Below, piece by piece: positions 1-8,288 of a stretch of DNA of 64,000 nucleotides (positions are counted from its first letter, which is position 1; each line of letters opens with the position of its first letter). The DNA is taken from the NCBI GenBank assembly GCA_002071685.1, contig MWBO01000031.1, positions 702 to 64,701 on the forward strand, read 5' to 3'. Below the pieces are notes generated by a model. The model made no database searches, was not told the DNA's origin, and worked only from the letters and a program-made list of their open reading frames with translations. Made by a program: the position numbers and the translations under genes. The stretch comes from a candidate division WS2 bacterium ADurb.Bin280. Lineage in GTDB: Bacteria; Patescibacteriota; UBA1384; DTJR01.

Positions 1-14
1 GTGCATCGGTCAGG

Positions 15-524
15 TTGGCTAGACTGGCCAGCCATGCTGCGCGAAGCTTTGAGAATTCCTTTCAACTTCGTAGCTTGACCTGCCCCCTGTTCATGCGCGA
101 ACCTCACGACAGACTGGGGATCGGACTGCCAACCCCAAAAAAAGGGCAAGGATCGGAGTACAGCTGCTTCGCGATCCCCGTCTCGCTGGGAATTGGCCGA
201 TCGGAGCACTACACCCTAGAGGACATGCGCTACACGATCAACCACAGCTCCTCCCCGCGATTGGTCGGGCTTGGGGTCTTCCAAGTCCTCTGCATGATGA
301 TCGCCATTCCCGAACTGGACATCTCGGAAGCAGGGATCGGCTGTCCGGGTAGCGCCTACATGAAAATGCCCTACGTACAAGTCATCGGAGGTGGCGATCA
401 GCGCTACCTGAAGTGCTTCTCTATCCAGTGCTACAAGTGCCCCTACACTGAGGAGCGCACGCTGGTCATAAGCGACGACCGGCAGGACCCGTGCGACTGG
501 GCGGTCGCCATACTTCCCGAGTAA
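15..524 (+). CDS. hypothetical Cys-rich protein, GC-rich island A (5' end may lie outside window)
   Basis: The frame has G/C-biased third codon positions. TAA at 522-524 is followed about 20 nt later by a hairpin terminator. There is no in-frame stop back to the window edge; TTG 15 or ATG 93 are possible starts. No family recognised. Confidence 0.45.
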   Translation: MARLASHAARSFENSFQLRSLTCPLFMREPHDRLGIGLPTPKKGQGSEYSCFAIPVSLGIGRSEHYTLEDMRYTINHSSSPRLVGLGVFQVLCMMIAIPELDISEAGIGCPGSAYMKMPYVQVIGGGDQRYLKCFSIQCYKCPYTEERTLVISDDRQDPCDWAVAILPE

Positions 525-543
525 CAACAAGCAAAATCGACTT

Positions 544-576
544 AGGCCCGGGTTCAACCCGGGCCTTTCGCTTTTG
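544..576 (+). terminator. intrinsic terminator of island A ORF
   Basis: GGCCCGGG (545-552), loop TTCAA, CCCGGGCC (558-565), then TTTCGCTTTTG. Confidence 0.6.
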
Positions 577-697
577 CTCGATAACTATGTATCAAAATTT
601 CAATAATGCCAAAATAATATCAGCAAATCTTTTTGATTAAACTAAAAGCATTAAGCTTCGCTGGAGCGTGGACTACAAAAAGAGCTTTTTGGTTAGA

Positions 698-2590
698 TCA
701 AACTTCAATGATCACCGGAATGATCATCGGACGACGTTTGGTTTCCTTAAACAGAAACTCTCCCATCTCTTCTCGCAAAATAGATTTCATGTAAGACCAG
801 TCAGCCGGCTTTCCTTCCATGGTGTGGCGTTTGAAGATATTTCTCACTTCAGACCTCGCCCGATGGATTAGACTTTCGGCCGCTCTCATATAAACGAAAC
901 CTCGAGAAATAATGTCGGGGCTAGTGACTATCTCGCTAGTTCTTCTATCAACCGTCAAAATAATACAGAAAATTCCTCCTTCCGCCATTGCTTGTCTATC
1001 GCGCAAAACAATATTGCCGACATCTCCAACACCGAGTCCGTCAACCAGTACGTATGAAGTCGGGATTTGCGACTGCAAAACCGAAGCTTTCGAGTCGGTA
1101 AATTCTATAACTTCGCCATTTTCGACAACGAAAAGAGTTTCCTCTTCATAGCCCATGGCCTTGGCAAGATCGGCATTCGCCTGACGCATATACCTGTTTC
1201 CGTGAACCGGAATGAAGTACTTTGGCGAAATCAGCCGAATCATTGTTTTGAGTTCTTCCTGATGAGCATGGCCCGAGGTATGGATGTCCATCTGCTTATA
1301 GTCAACGACTTTGGCGCCCGCTTTGAGTAGATTGTCATACACTTCGACAACTTTTGCTTCATTACCGGGAATAATAGAACTCGAAAGAATGACTGTGTCG
1401 CCCTTTCTAATCTTGAAAAACTTGTGCTCGCCCCTACTCATTCTGGTAAGCGCCGAGGAATCCTCGCCTTGGGTTCCGGTCGAAAGAATTGCGATTTTAT
1501 CATCCGGCAATTTAGATCCCGCTAATGGAGTGACGATTAAACCCTCCGGCACCTTGAGGTATCCAAGTTTTCCGGCAACCTCGATAGTTGAAAGCATAGA
1601 GCGACCAGTAATGGAAAGCTTTCTATTTGAAGAAGCGGTCACGTCAATTATCTGCTGTATCCTAGAAATAAGCGTGGAGAAAGATGAAATAAAGATCCTT
1701 CCCTTGGTTCTGTCAAAGAGATCTTTGAGGTTGTCTTTGATTTCGCTTTCAGAAATAGCATATCCGGAATTTCTGGCACCGGTTGAGTCCATCATTAAAG
1801 CTAAAACACCGCCCTTTCCGATTTCAGCAATTCTGCCGAGATCAATCACCGGCTCGTTGATCGGAGTGAGGTCAAATTTGAAGTCGGCTGTGTGCACCAC
1901 TTTGCCCACCGGTGTTTCAATAACCAAGCCAACCGTGTCGGGAATATTGTGGTTTACTCTGAAAAAGCCAACTTTGAAAACACCCAAAGATAAATTGTCT
2001 TTTTCGGGATTTACTACGACAGTTTTTACTTTTGAACTTAGACCGAATTCTTCAAACTTTTCTTTGAGAATTCCGATCGATAGATTGGTTCCATAGATAG
2101 TCGGGCTTCCAATTTTTTCTATAATATAGGGAATGGCCCCGATGTGGTCCATGTGGCCGTGGGTTAGAACAATGCCCTTAATTCTGCTTTTATTTTCTTG
2201 TAAATAAGTGACATCGGGAATAACATAGTCAACCCCGAGCATGTCATCACTTGGAAAGCCGAATCCGGCATCGACAACCAAAATGTCATTGCCATATTCC
2301 AAAATAGCCATATTACGGCCGACTTCTTCAAGACCGCCCAAGTGAGCGATTTTCAAAGTCTTGGAGCCTCTGAAGGTGACTTTTTGATTTACTTGATTTG
2401 ATTTATAAACCTTATCAAGATGGTTTTCTCCTCTTTTTTTGCCAGCTGTGTTTCTGCCATTTTGACTTTTTGGGTGGACACGCTTTTCCTGCCTGTCACC
2501 CTTAAAATTATCAAGGGAGGCGTGGTAAGAGGTCATCCTTGCGCCTTGATTTTGAGTCTGATTTTTATTTGATACTTTTTCTTCTAACAT
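698..2590 (-). CDS. rnj: ribonuclease J (metallo-beta-lactamase/beta-CASP) with a basic N-terminal extension of about 70 aa
   Basis: THGHMDHIG motif and full-length RNase J-like architecture. AGGA lies 6 nt upstream of the ATG. Confidence 0.9.
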   Translation of the reverse strand: MLEEKVSNKNQTQNQGARMTSYHASLDNFKGDRQEKRVHPKSQNGRNTAGKKRGENHLDKVYKSNQVNQKVTFRGSKTLKIAHLGGLEEVGRNMAILEYGNDILVVDAGFGFPSDDMLGVDYVIPDVTYLQENKSRIKGIVLTHGHMDHIGAIPYIIEKIGSPTIYGTNLSIGILKEKFEEFGLSSKVKTVVVNPEKDNLSLGVFKVGFFRVNHNIPDTVGLVIETPVGKVVHTADFKFDLTPINEPVIDLGRIAEIGKGGVLALMMDSTGARNSGYAISESEIKDNLKDLFDRTKGRIFISSFSTLISRIQQIIDVTASSNRKLSITGRSMLSTIEVAGKLGYLKVPEGLIVTPLAGSKLPDDKIAILSTGTQGEDSSALTRMSRGEHKFFKIRKGDTVILSSSIIPGNEAKVVEVYDNLLKAGAKVVDYKQMDIHTSGHAHQEELKTMIRLISPKYFIPVHGNRYMRQANADLAKAMGYEEETLFVVENGEVIEFTDSKASVLQSQIPTSYVLVDGLGVGDVGNIVLRDRQAMAEGGIFCIILTVDRRTSEIVTSPDIISRGFVYMRAAESLIHRARSEVRNIFKRHTMEGKPADWSYMKSILREEMGEFLFKETKRRPMIIPVIIEV

Positions 2591-2641
2591 CTATTTCCTT
2601 TCATAAAATAGTAAAATTATGAATTTATTTTTATTTAGACT

Positions 2642-3223
2642 TTATGTCTTATTTTTTTCTTCTATTTTGCAAAGAGCAATTTTGATTTTTTTGAAATCTT
2701 CAAAAAGGGTTTTTCGCATTGAACCGTTGTAAAGAGCGACTGCCGGATGATAAAGCGCCATATAGGCCTGATTTTTTTTGACAAAACATCTCCCGTGGAC
2801 CACCGAAATCGAGCCAACAGAGGGTAAAAACCTTCCCAAGGAATGACGCCCCAAGCAAACGATTAGTTTGGGCTTGATAATCTCAATCTGCTTTTGAAGA
2901 TACGGCCAGCATGCCTGCACCTCTTCGGGTTTGGGGTCGCGATTCCCCGGAGGTCGGTGTTTGACAACATTGGCAATATAAACTTGATCTCTTTTAAGAT
3001 CTATCGATTCGAGCATCTCGTCCAACATCTTGCCGGCCTTGCCGACAAAGGGCTGGCCGAGTTCGTCCTCTTTTTCGCCCGGGCCCTCGCCTATGAACAT
3101 TATTTGGCAATTAATATCGCCACCCCCGGGTACCGGATTTTTGGCTAACTTATAAAGAGGGCACTTCTTGCACTCCTTCACTTGGGCATACAAATCAGAA
3201 ATTTCCTGCTCTTTATTTTCCAA
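2642..3223 (-). CDS. uracil-DNA glycosylase, family 4
   Basis: CKKCPLY, GEGPGEKEDELGQPFVGKAGKMLD and HPA motifs. The apparent start is TTG with no SD. Confidence 0.85.
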   Translation of the reverse strand: MENKEQEISDLYAQVKECKKCPLYKLAKNPVPGGGDINCQIMFIGEGPGEKEDELGQPFVGKAGKMLDEMLESIDLKRDQVYIANVVKHRPPGNRDPKPEEVQACWPYLQKQIEIIKPKLIVCLGRHSLGRFLPSVGSISVVHGRCFVKKNQAYMALYHPAVALYNGSMRKTLFEDFKKIKIALCKIEEKNKT

Positions 3224-3257
3224 ATTAAAAACTTAGAGAACTAAATACTCTGCAGAT

Positions 3258-3286
3258 ATAATAGCACTTTTATTGCCTTTTGTCAA
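3258..3286 (-). promoter_or_regulatory. sigma70-like promoter for the UDG gene
   Basis: On the minus strand: TTGACA (3286-3281), 17-nt spacer, TATTAT (3263-3258). Confidence 0.45.
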
Positions 3287-3301
3287 GATATTGGCTATAT
3301 T
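3273..3301 (+). promoter_or_regulatory. candidate promoter for island B ORF, overlapping the divergent UDG promoter
   Basis: TTGCCT (3273-3278), 17-nt spacer, TATATT (3296-3301), about 50 nt upstream of ATG 3352. Confidence 0.35.
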
Positions 3302-3351
3302 TAACTCTCGACTTTGTCGAGAATGCCGTATCACCTCGGGAGGTGCGACAA

Positions 3352-3822
3352 ATGGCCGTTGCGGAGAAAAGGAAGGTGCAGCATCCGACATTTGCGCTCG
3401 ACTATGCTGTTTTGAGCGCAATGCTGGACGCAATGAAGTTGCCCGAAGATCTGAAAGAGTCAATCGCTCTGATCCCCGGGCTTCCCAAACCTGACGTTTC
3501 GCAGATCCTCGCAAGAGTATGTTCGGAGGTCGGATCTCCAAGCCACCGGATCCTCTGCAGGAGCCGCGGACTCGGAAAAGAGGAGCCGTTGAGCCAGTAC
3601 GTCGCCTTCAAAAGGATTGAGGCGGCTGATCGCATCATCCTCCGCGATAACGCCCTCGTAATCACTGGGCACCACTCACAGTGGCCAGAATACCTCGAGA
3701 TTCGGGTGAAAAATGTGGGCGACACAGGAGGTGTCGACGAGGGTGTCTTCGCAGTACTTCTGGCGACGGCCCTCTGGCGATGCAATCACCGCCTGATCAT
3801 CAACAGGTGCGAGGGTGACTAG
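3352..3822 (+). CDS. hypothetical protein, GC-rich island B (156 aa from ATG 3352)
   Basis: GGGAGGTG SD at 3338-3345, 6 nt before the ATG. The ORF is GC-rich, and its TAG stop is followed by a hairpin terminator. No family recognised. Confidence 0.5.
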   Translation: MAVAEKRKVQHPTFALDYAVLSAMLDAMKLPEDLKESIALIPGLPKPDVSQILARVCSEVGSPSHRILCRSRGLGKEEPLSQYVAFKRIEAADRIILRDNALVITGHHSQWPEYLEIRVKNVGDTGGVDEGVFAVLLATALWRCNHRLIINRCEGD

Positions 3823-3848
3823 TTCGCTTCGCGCACCGTCTCAATTCC

Positions 3849-3888
3849 GGCCGGGTGGCCTCAAAACCGCCCGGCCGTCGTCGTTTTG
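3849..3888 (+). terminator. intrinsic terminator of island B ORF
   Basis: GGCCGGGTGG / CCGCCCGGCC stem (one G-U pair), 8-nt loop, tail GTCGTCGTTTTGG. Confidence 0.6.
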
Positions 3889-3938
3889 GAGCAAGCCGAA
3901 TATCAAAAATACCTTCAAAAATACTTTTTATCTAAAAA

Positions 3939-5585
3939 TCAGAGCTTTCTAGGGTCGTTTGTGTTTTCTCCAAAAATAAATTCTTGCTTTGAACCTCTTT
4001 CGCAGTAATCAACTACAAAATCAATACTATCGCCTTGAACTATTGGTTCAATCTTGCTAATTGAAGTTGGACGGTCAGGAGCAACCAATTTCGCCCCATA
4101 CAAACTGGACATTTGCTTTCCTATTCCCTCGCTTTGACCAGTACTACAAGATGACAAAATAATTACCGGATTCTCTGCCAAAAAGGATCCCATTCTAGCG
4201 ACCCCCCTGCCAAACAAATCCTGAATATTGAGAATATGAGCGTGTTGTATGATCTCTTGCGCCTCTTGATCAAGTCTGTATCTTTCATAATCAAAACTTT
4301 CATAATTTTCATCAAAATAAGCGTTATAGTCTTTCATTATCACTTCTCGCGGTGTACCAAATTGAATCGAACTATGTGTCCCATGCCCGCCGATTATGGC
4401 AAAAGAAATTTTGTTTTGCTTTCCGTATCGCCTTTCAAGACCAGCAAGGCGCTTTGCTACTTCAAATTTTCCACCACCCTCAACAATTCTGACAGTAAAA
4501 TTTCCCATTTGATACCGATTTGCAAGATTTTCAAATATTTTCTTGGAGTAGAGGCCCCCATTCCAATCAGATTTAGGAAACAGAATTATTCCATATGGGC
4601 TGTGATGGTCCCTCTTTTCATATTGACCAATCAATAACTCAACGGGGTATCTCGAAAAAAATTCTATTCCAAACTCGTGATTGAGTACTTTGCAAATGCC
4701 GGGATGAAGGTCCTCGAGAGTCTCTATGCTTAATAAATTTTCCCCTATATGTCGCGAACGTCTCTGATCAGGATAAGTGGTTAACCAAGACTTCTTGAGC
4801 CCTCCCCAATCAAGATCGTATCTTTTTAAGAATTTTTCCAGCGATTCGTTTATTTCCTGATTATCGGATCCTGCAAGCGCACCCAATAATTCTACATGAC
4901 TTAAAATTTCGCAAAGATATTCCGAAGATCTATCCGTTGATCTATAGCTGTCAAGCTCGTAGCAAAAATCCTTCGCGTAGTCCTGACTGATTGGTGGATA
5001 TTCTCCCGCACTTTCAATGTTGTCAATATAAAAAGCAATGTCTTCAGGATGAGAAGGTTTCAAGTCCCTCAAGAGATATTTGTCTTCGGGATCGGCATAA
5101 TAGTGCATGAAAAGGGCGGCAAATTTATTCTCAATCTCTTCGTTTATTCTGTGATCATCCGGAGACTCCGTTTTCGTACAATAAAAAGATCTCGCAAGCG
5201 CCATAAAACCGGTCTGATAACCCTCTAAATTCGAGGCACGATCATAGAGCCTATCGAGTTGACCAAAGAAAAGTTTTTTCAGTTGCTCAATCTCGCCCTG
5301 ATACTTAGGACATCTGCCCGCATCATCGATAATCGACAGCAGAGAGTCAAATTGACGCTGGTCCATGTCATAGCACAGGGTACAGGCTTCATCTATGTAC
5401 TCAATAGAGCTTTTTTTTGACGAAACGTCACCTTCAAGTGGCTGGCCGTTTTCATCTGCCATCGCAAAGAAATTCAGCCTGCTAGATTTTGCTTCTTCGA
5501 GTGCAACATCAATAGCCTGACGATTAAACTCGACTTCTTGGTCAGACAAACCCTGCCCCTCGCTTGGATTGGGAGTTTCCCCCAT
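3939..5585 (-). CDS. hypothetical protein with a C-terminal CHAT/caspase-like (clan CD) His-Cys dyad domain
   Basis: The C-terminal ~200 aa show strand-motif order IILFP, VRIVEGGG, FAIIGGHGTHSS, VIILSSCSTGQ. These resemble the CHAT HG and LSAC-x-TG motifs. The gene starts 2 nt after the pnp stop. Confidence 0.45.
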   Translation of the reverse strand: MGETPNPSEGQGLSDQEVEFNRQAIDVALEEAKSSRLNFFAMADENGQPLEGDVSSKKSSIEYIDEACTLCYDMDQRQFDSLLSIIDDAGRCPKYQGEIEQLKKLFFGQLDRLYDRASNLEGYQTGFMALARSFYCTKTESPDDHRINEEIENKFAALFMHYYADPEDKYLLRDLKPSHPEDIAFYIDNIESAGEYPPISQDYAKDFCYELDSYRSTDRSSEYLCEILSHVELLGALAGSDNQEINESLEKFLKRYDLDWGGLKKSWLTTYPDQRRSRHIGENLLSIETLEDLHPGICKVLNHEFGIEFFSRYPVELLIGQYEKRDHHSPYGIILFPKSDWNGGLYSKKIFENLANRYQMGNFTVRIVEGGGKFEVAKRLAGLERRYGKQNKISFAIIGGHGTHSSIQFGTPREVIMKDYNAYFDENYESFDYERYRLDQEAQEIIQHAHILNIQDLFGRGVARMGSFLAENPVIILSSCSTGQSEGIGKQMSSLYGAKLVAPDRPTSISKIEPIVQGDSIDFVVDYCERGSKQEFIFGENTNDPRKL

Positions 5586-5587
5586 AT

Positions 5588-7774
5588 TTATTTTGCTTTT
5601 TTGATAGAAAGCGAAACTCTACCCTTTTCCGGGTCGATACCGGTCACTTTTACTTTGACTTTGTCACCAACTTTGACTTTGCACGAGACATCGGGAATTC
5701 TCTCGTCGCAGATCTCGCTAATGTGCACCATCCCGTCTTTATTGGGCAAAAACTTGACAATAGCACCGATCTCTTTGCCGGTGTTTCTATCTTTTTGAAT
5801 ATTGACGACTTCTCCATCGTAGATCTTATCAAGCTCCGGCTCAACTGTCTGACCTTCAACCATCGATTTGACTAGTTCGGCAGCTTTGGAATCGGCCGAA
5901 GAAATCATCACCGTCCCGTCATCCTCGATGTCAACTGCAACTACCTCTTTTCCACCAGCTTGGGCGATGATATTCTGAATATTTTTGCCCCCCGGGCCGA
6001 TTAATTCTCCGATTTTAGCGGGATTTATTTTGACAGTAATTATTCGTGGAGCATATTGGGAGAGTTCGATCTTGGAAGATGGAATGATGGAAAGCATCTT
6101 TTGCATGATGAAGTCTCTACCTACCTTCGCCTTCGTGAGGGTTGAGCGGATCATTTCCATTGAAAGTCCGTCGATTTTGACATCAAGCTGAATAGCGGTG
6201 ATTCCGTTTTTCGTTCCTGCCACCTTGAAGTCCATATCTCCACCAAAATCTTCAACACCTTGGAGATCCGTCAAGACAGCAAATTGGTATTTTTCGTCTT
6301 CTTCGATACCCTCGATCTCTACTTTCTCGCCTGTCTTTGGCCTTGAAACCATTCCCATGGCGATCCCTGCCACCGGCTCCTTGATCGGCACGCCGGCATC
6401 CATCAGGGCGAGAGTCGATCCACACGTAGCCGCCATCGAGGAAGATCCGTTTGACGAAAGTATCTCACTGACTAATCTGATAGTATAGGGAAATTCATCT
6501 TTGGAGGGCAAAACAGGGACCAAGGCCTTCTCCGCCAAAGCGCCGTGCCCTATTTCTCTTCTGGAAGCTGAGCCAACTCTCTTTACTTCACCGGTAGAAT
6601 AAGGAGGAAAATTGTAGAAATGCATGTATCTCTTGGTCGTGTCTTCTTCCATCGTATCGATGAACTGCTCCATCCCCGGACTTGCCAAGGTAGCTATGGT
6701 CAACGACTGGGTCTGTCCGCGAGTAAATAAACCCGAGCCATGAGCTCTGGGCAAGAGACCCGTTTTTATATCAAGAGGTCTTATTTCGTCTAGCTTTCTG
6801 CCGTCCGGCCTGATGCCATCGGCAAGAATCGTCTCTCTTACTTCTTTTTCCAAGAATTTATTAAAGACTTCTTCCAGATCCGCCTGTTTGTATTTGCCTT
6901 CAAAGGCCGTTAAGATCTCATCCTTCAAACTCTGGACATTGTCTTCTTTGGCGGCATTTTCTCGATCGAGCATTGTTTGGTGCAATCTTGAACCAATCAA
7001 TTCCTTGACGGCCAGTTGCATTTCAACAGTGTGATCTTCTACGGCAATCTTATCAGGATTGATGAAGGGTTCTTGAGCATCTATTAATTGATCGATGTAA
7101 GTTTGGGCGAATTCGATCGCTTCGACTACTTTTTCTTCGCTGATTTCCTTTGAAGATGCCTCAAGCATCAAAACTCTCTTTTTGGTTCCGACAACAACTA
7201 GATCGAGAGTGCTGTTTTCCATTTGTGATCTGAGAGGATTTGCCACAAACTCACCGTCGATCATACCAACACGAACGCCTCCGATCGGTCCCATGAATGG
7301 AGCCATCGATTGGCAAATTGCTGTTGAGGCGGCTAGTAGCGCCAACATATCAGGATCGTTCTCTTTATCAAAAGAAAGAGTCGTGATAATAACTTGGGTC
7401 TCATGCCTAAAATACTTGGGAAAAAGAGGCCTGATCGGGCGATCGATCATTCTTGAATTTAATATTGCTTGCTCGCTGGGACGACCTTCTCTTTTGATAA
7501 ACCTTGATCCGGAGATTTTTCCCGAAGCATAAAATCTCTCCTCGTAATCAATACTCAAGGGCATGTAATCCATGTCAGAGGGTTCTTTACCGACGACACA
7601 GGTTGCCAAGACCATTGTTCCGCCCGCTTGCGCTAGGATGGCACCGTCTGCTTGCATTGCTAATTCACCAGAACTAAGCCGCAGGTTTTGACCTGCGACG
7701 CTAAATTCTATCTCTTTCTTTTCCATTTTCCTCCAGAGATCGGGCCTAAAGCCTGAAATACGAACGTACTCCAA
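5588..7774 (-). CDS. pnp: polynucleotide phosphorylase
   Basis: Two RNase PH-like domains, FGGDMDFKVAGT motif, and KH and S1 C-terminal domains. Confidence 0.95.
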   Translation of the reverse strand: MEYVRISGFRPDLWRKMEKKEIEFSVAGQNLRLSSGELAMQADGAILAQAGGTMVLATCVVGKEPSDMDYMPLSIDYEERFYASGKISGSRFIKREGRPSEQAILNSRMIDRPIRPLFPKYFRHETQVIITTLSFDKENDPDMLALLAASTAICQSMAPFMGPIGGVRVGMIDGEFVANPLRSQMENSTLDLVVVGTKKRVLMLEASSKEISEEKVVEAIEFAQTYIDQLIDAQEPFINPDKIAVEDHTVEMQLAVKELIGSRLHQTMLDRENAAKEDNVQSLKDEILTAFEGKYKQADLEEVFNKFLEKEVRETILADGIRPDGRKLDEIRPLDIKTGLLPRAHGSGLFTRGQTQSLTIATLASPGMEQFIDTMEEDTTKRYMHFYNFPPYSTGEVKRVGSASRREIGHGALAEKALVPVLPSKDEFPYTIRLVSEILSSNGSSSMAATCGSTLALMDAGVPIKEPVAGIAMGMVSRPKTGEKVEIEGIEEDEKYQFAVLTDLQGVEDFGGDMDFKVAGTKNGITAIQLDVKIDGLSMEMIRSTLTKAKVGRDFIMQKMLSIIPSSKIELSQYAPRIITVKINPAKIGELIGPGGKNIQNIIAQAGGKEVVAVDIEDDGTVMISSADSKAAELVKSMVEGQTVEPELDKIYDGEVVNIQKDRNTGKEIGAIVKFLPNKDGMVHISEICDERIPDVSCKVKVGDKVKVKVTGIDPEKGRVSLSIKKAK

Positions 7775-7805
7775 TGCTTCAAGCCCGATTTGCTATTATT
7801 TGCTT

Positions 7806-8231
7806 TTATTTTTTAAGCTTCAACGAAGCGATCAGTTTAAGATAACTCTCGTTGTCTGTTTTCTTGTAGTAATTCAGAAGCCTTCTTCTTTTTCCAACCA
7901 TAATAAGAAGCCCGCGTCTTGAATCAAAATCGTGCGGATGTTTTTTGAGATGGTCCGAAAGCGAAGCAATTTTCTCAGAAAAATTTTTAACTTGAAAATC
8001 GACAGAACCGGTATCAGCCGAACTCTTTGACTTTTTGGTTTTTGAAGCTTCTTTTTTGACAGGACTTTCAGCTTTCTTAACAGCTTTTTTCTCAACGACC
8101 TTCTTGTCCTCAACTTTTGCTTTAGTTTCTTTTGCAACTTTTGAAGCTTTTCGACTGGACTTCTTTTCTTCAACAGCCTTGGTTTTTGCTGTCTTTGTTT
8201 TTGGTTTTTCCGCTGTTTCTTTCTTTGCCAT
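7806..8231 (-). CDS. rpsO: ribosomal protein S15 with a Lys/Ala/Glu-rich N-terminal extension
   Basis: C-terminal HLKKHPHDFDSRRGLLIMVGKRRRLLNYYKK matches the S15 core. It sits upstream of pnp, as in the conserved rpsO-pnp operon. Confidence 0.85.
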   Translation of the reverse strand: MAKKETAEKPKTKTAKTKAVEEKKSSRKASKVAKETKAKVEDKKVVEKKAVKKAESPVKKEASKTKKSKSSADTGSVDFQVKNFSEKIASLSDHLKKHPHDFDSRRGLLIMVGKRRRLLNYYKKTDNESYLKLIASLKLKK

Positions 8232-8288
8232 TTTTATTCCTAATTTTTATAACATTTAATTTTTATCACAAAACGCTTGTTTTTTCAA

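Noticed and set aside
216-557. 113-aa minus-strand ORF inside GC-rich island A.
   Set aside because: Open alternative frames are expected in GC-rich DNA. The plus-strand frame has the third-position GC bias and a terminator correctly placed after its stop. The minus ORF would run through that hairpin.
1311-2096. 261-aa plus-strand ORF, with similar long ORFs at 912-1151, 8409-8906, 18996-19355, 45193-45600, 54708-55079, 58862-59347, 60756-61175 and 62478-62927.
   Set aside because: All lie antisense to, or out of frame within, well-supported genes (rnj, nrnA-like, holA, the VirB6-like gene, the ABC permease, the oxidoreductase, the Pro-rich gene, ychF). They have low-complexity or Ser/Leu/Arg-rich translations and no SD.
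3233-3785. Minus-strand ORFs 3233-3541, 3402-3785 and 3460-3675, and plus-strand 3273-3494, in island B.
   Set aside because: They lack an SD and terminator and have Arg/Ser/Pro-rich off-frame-type translations. The plus ORF from ATG 3352 has both signals.
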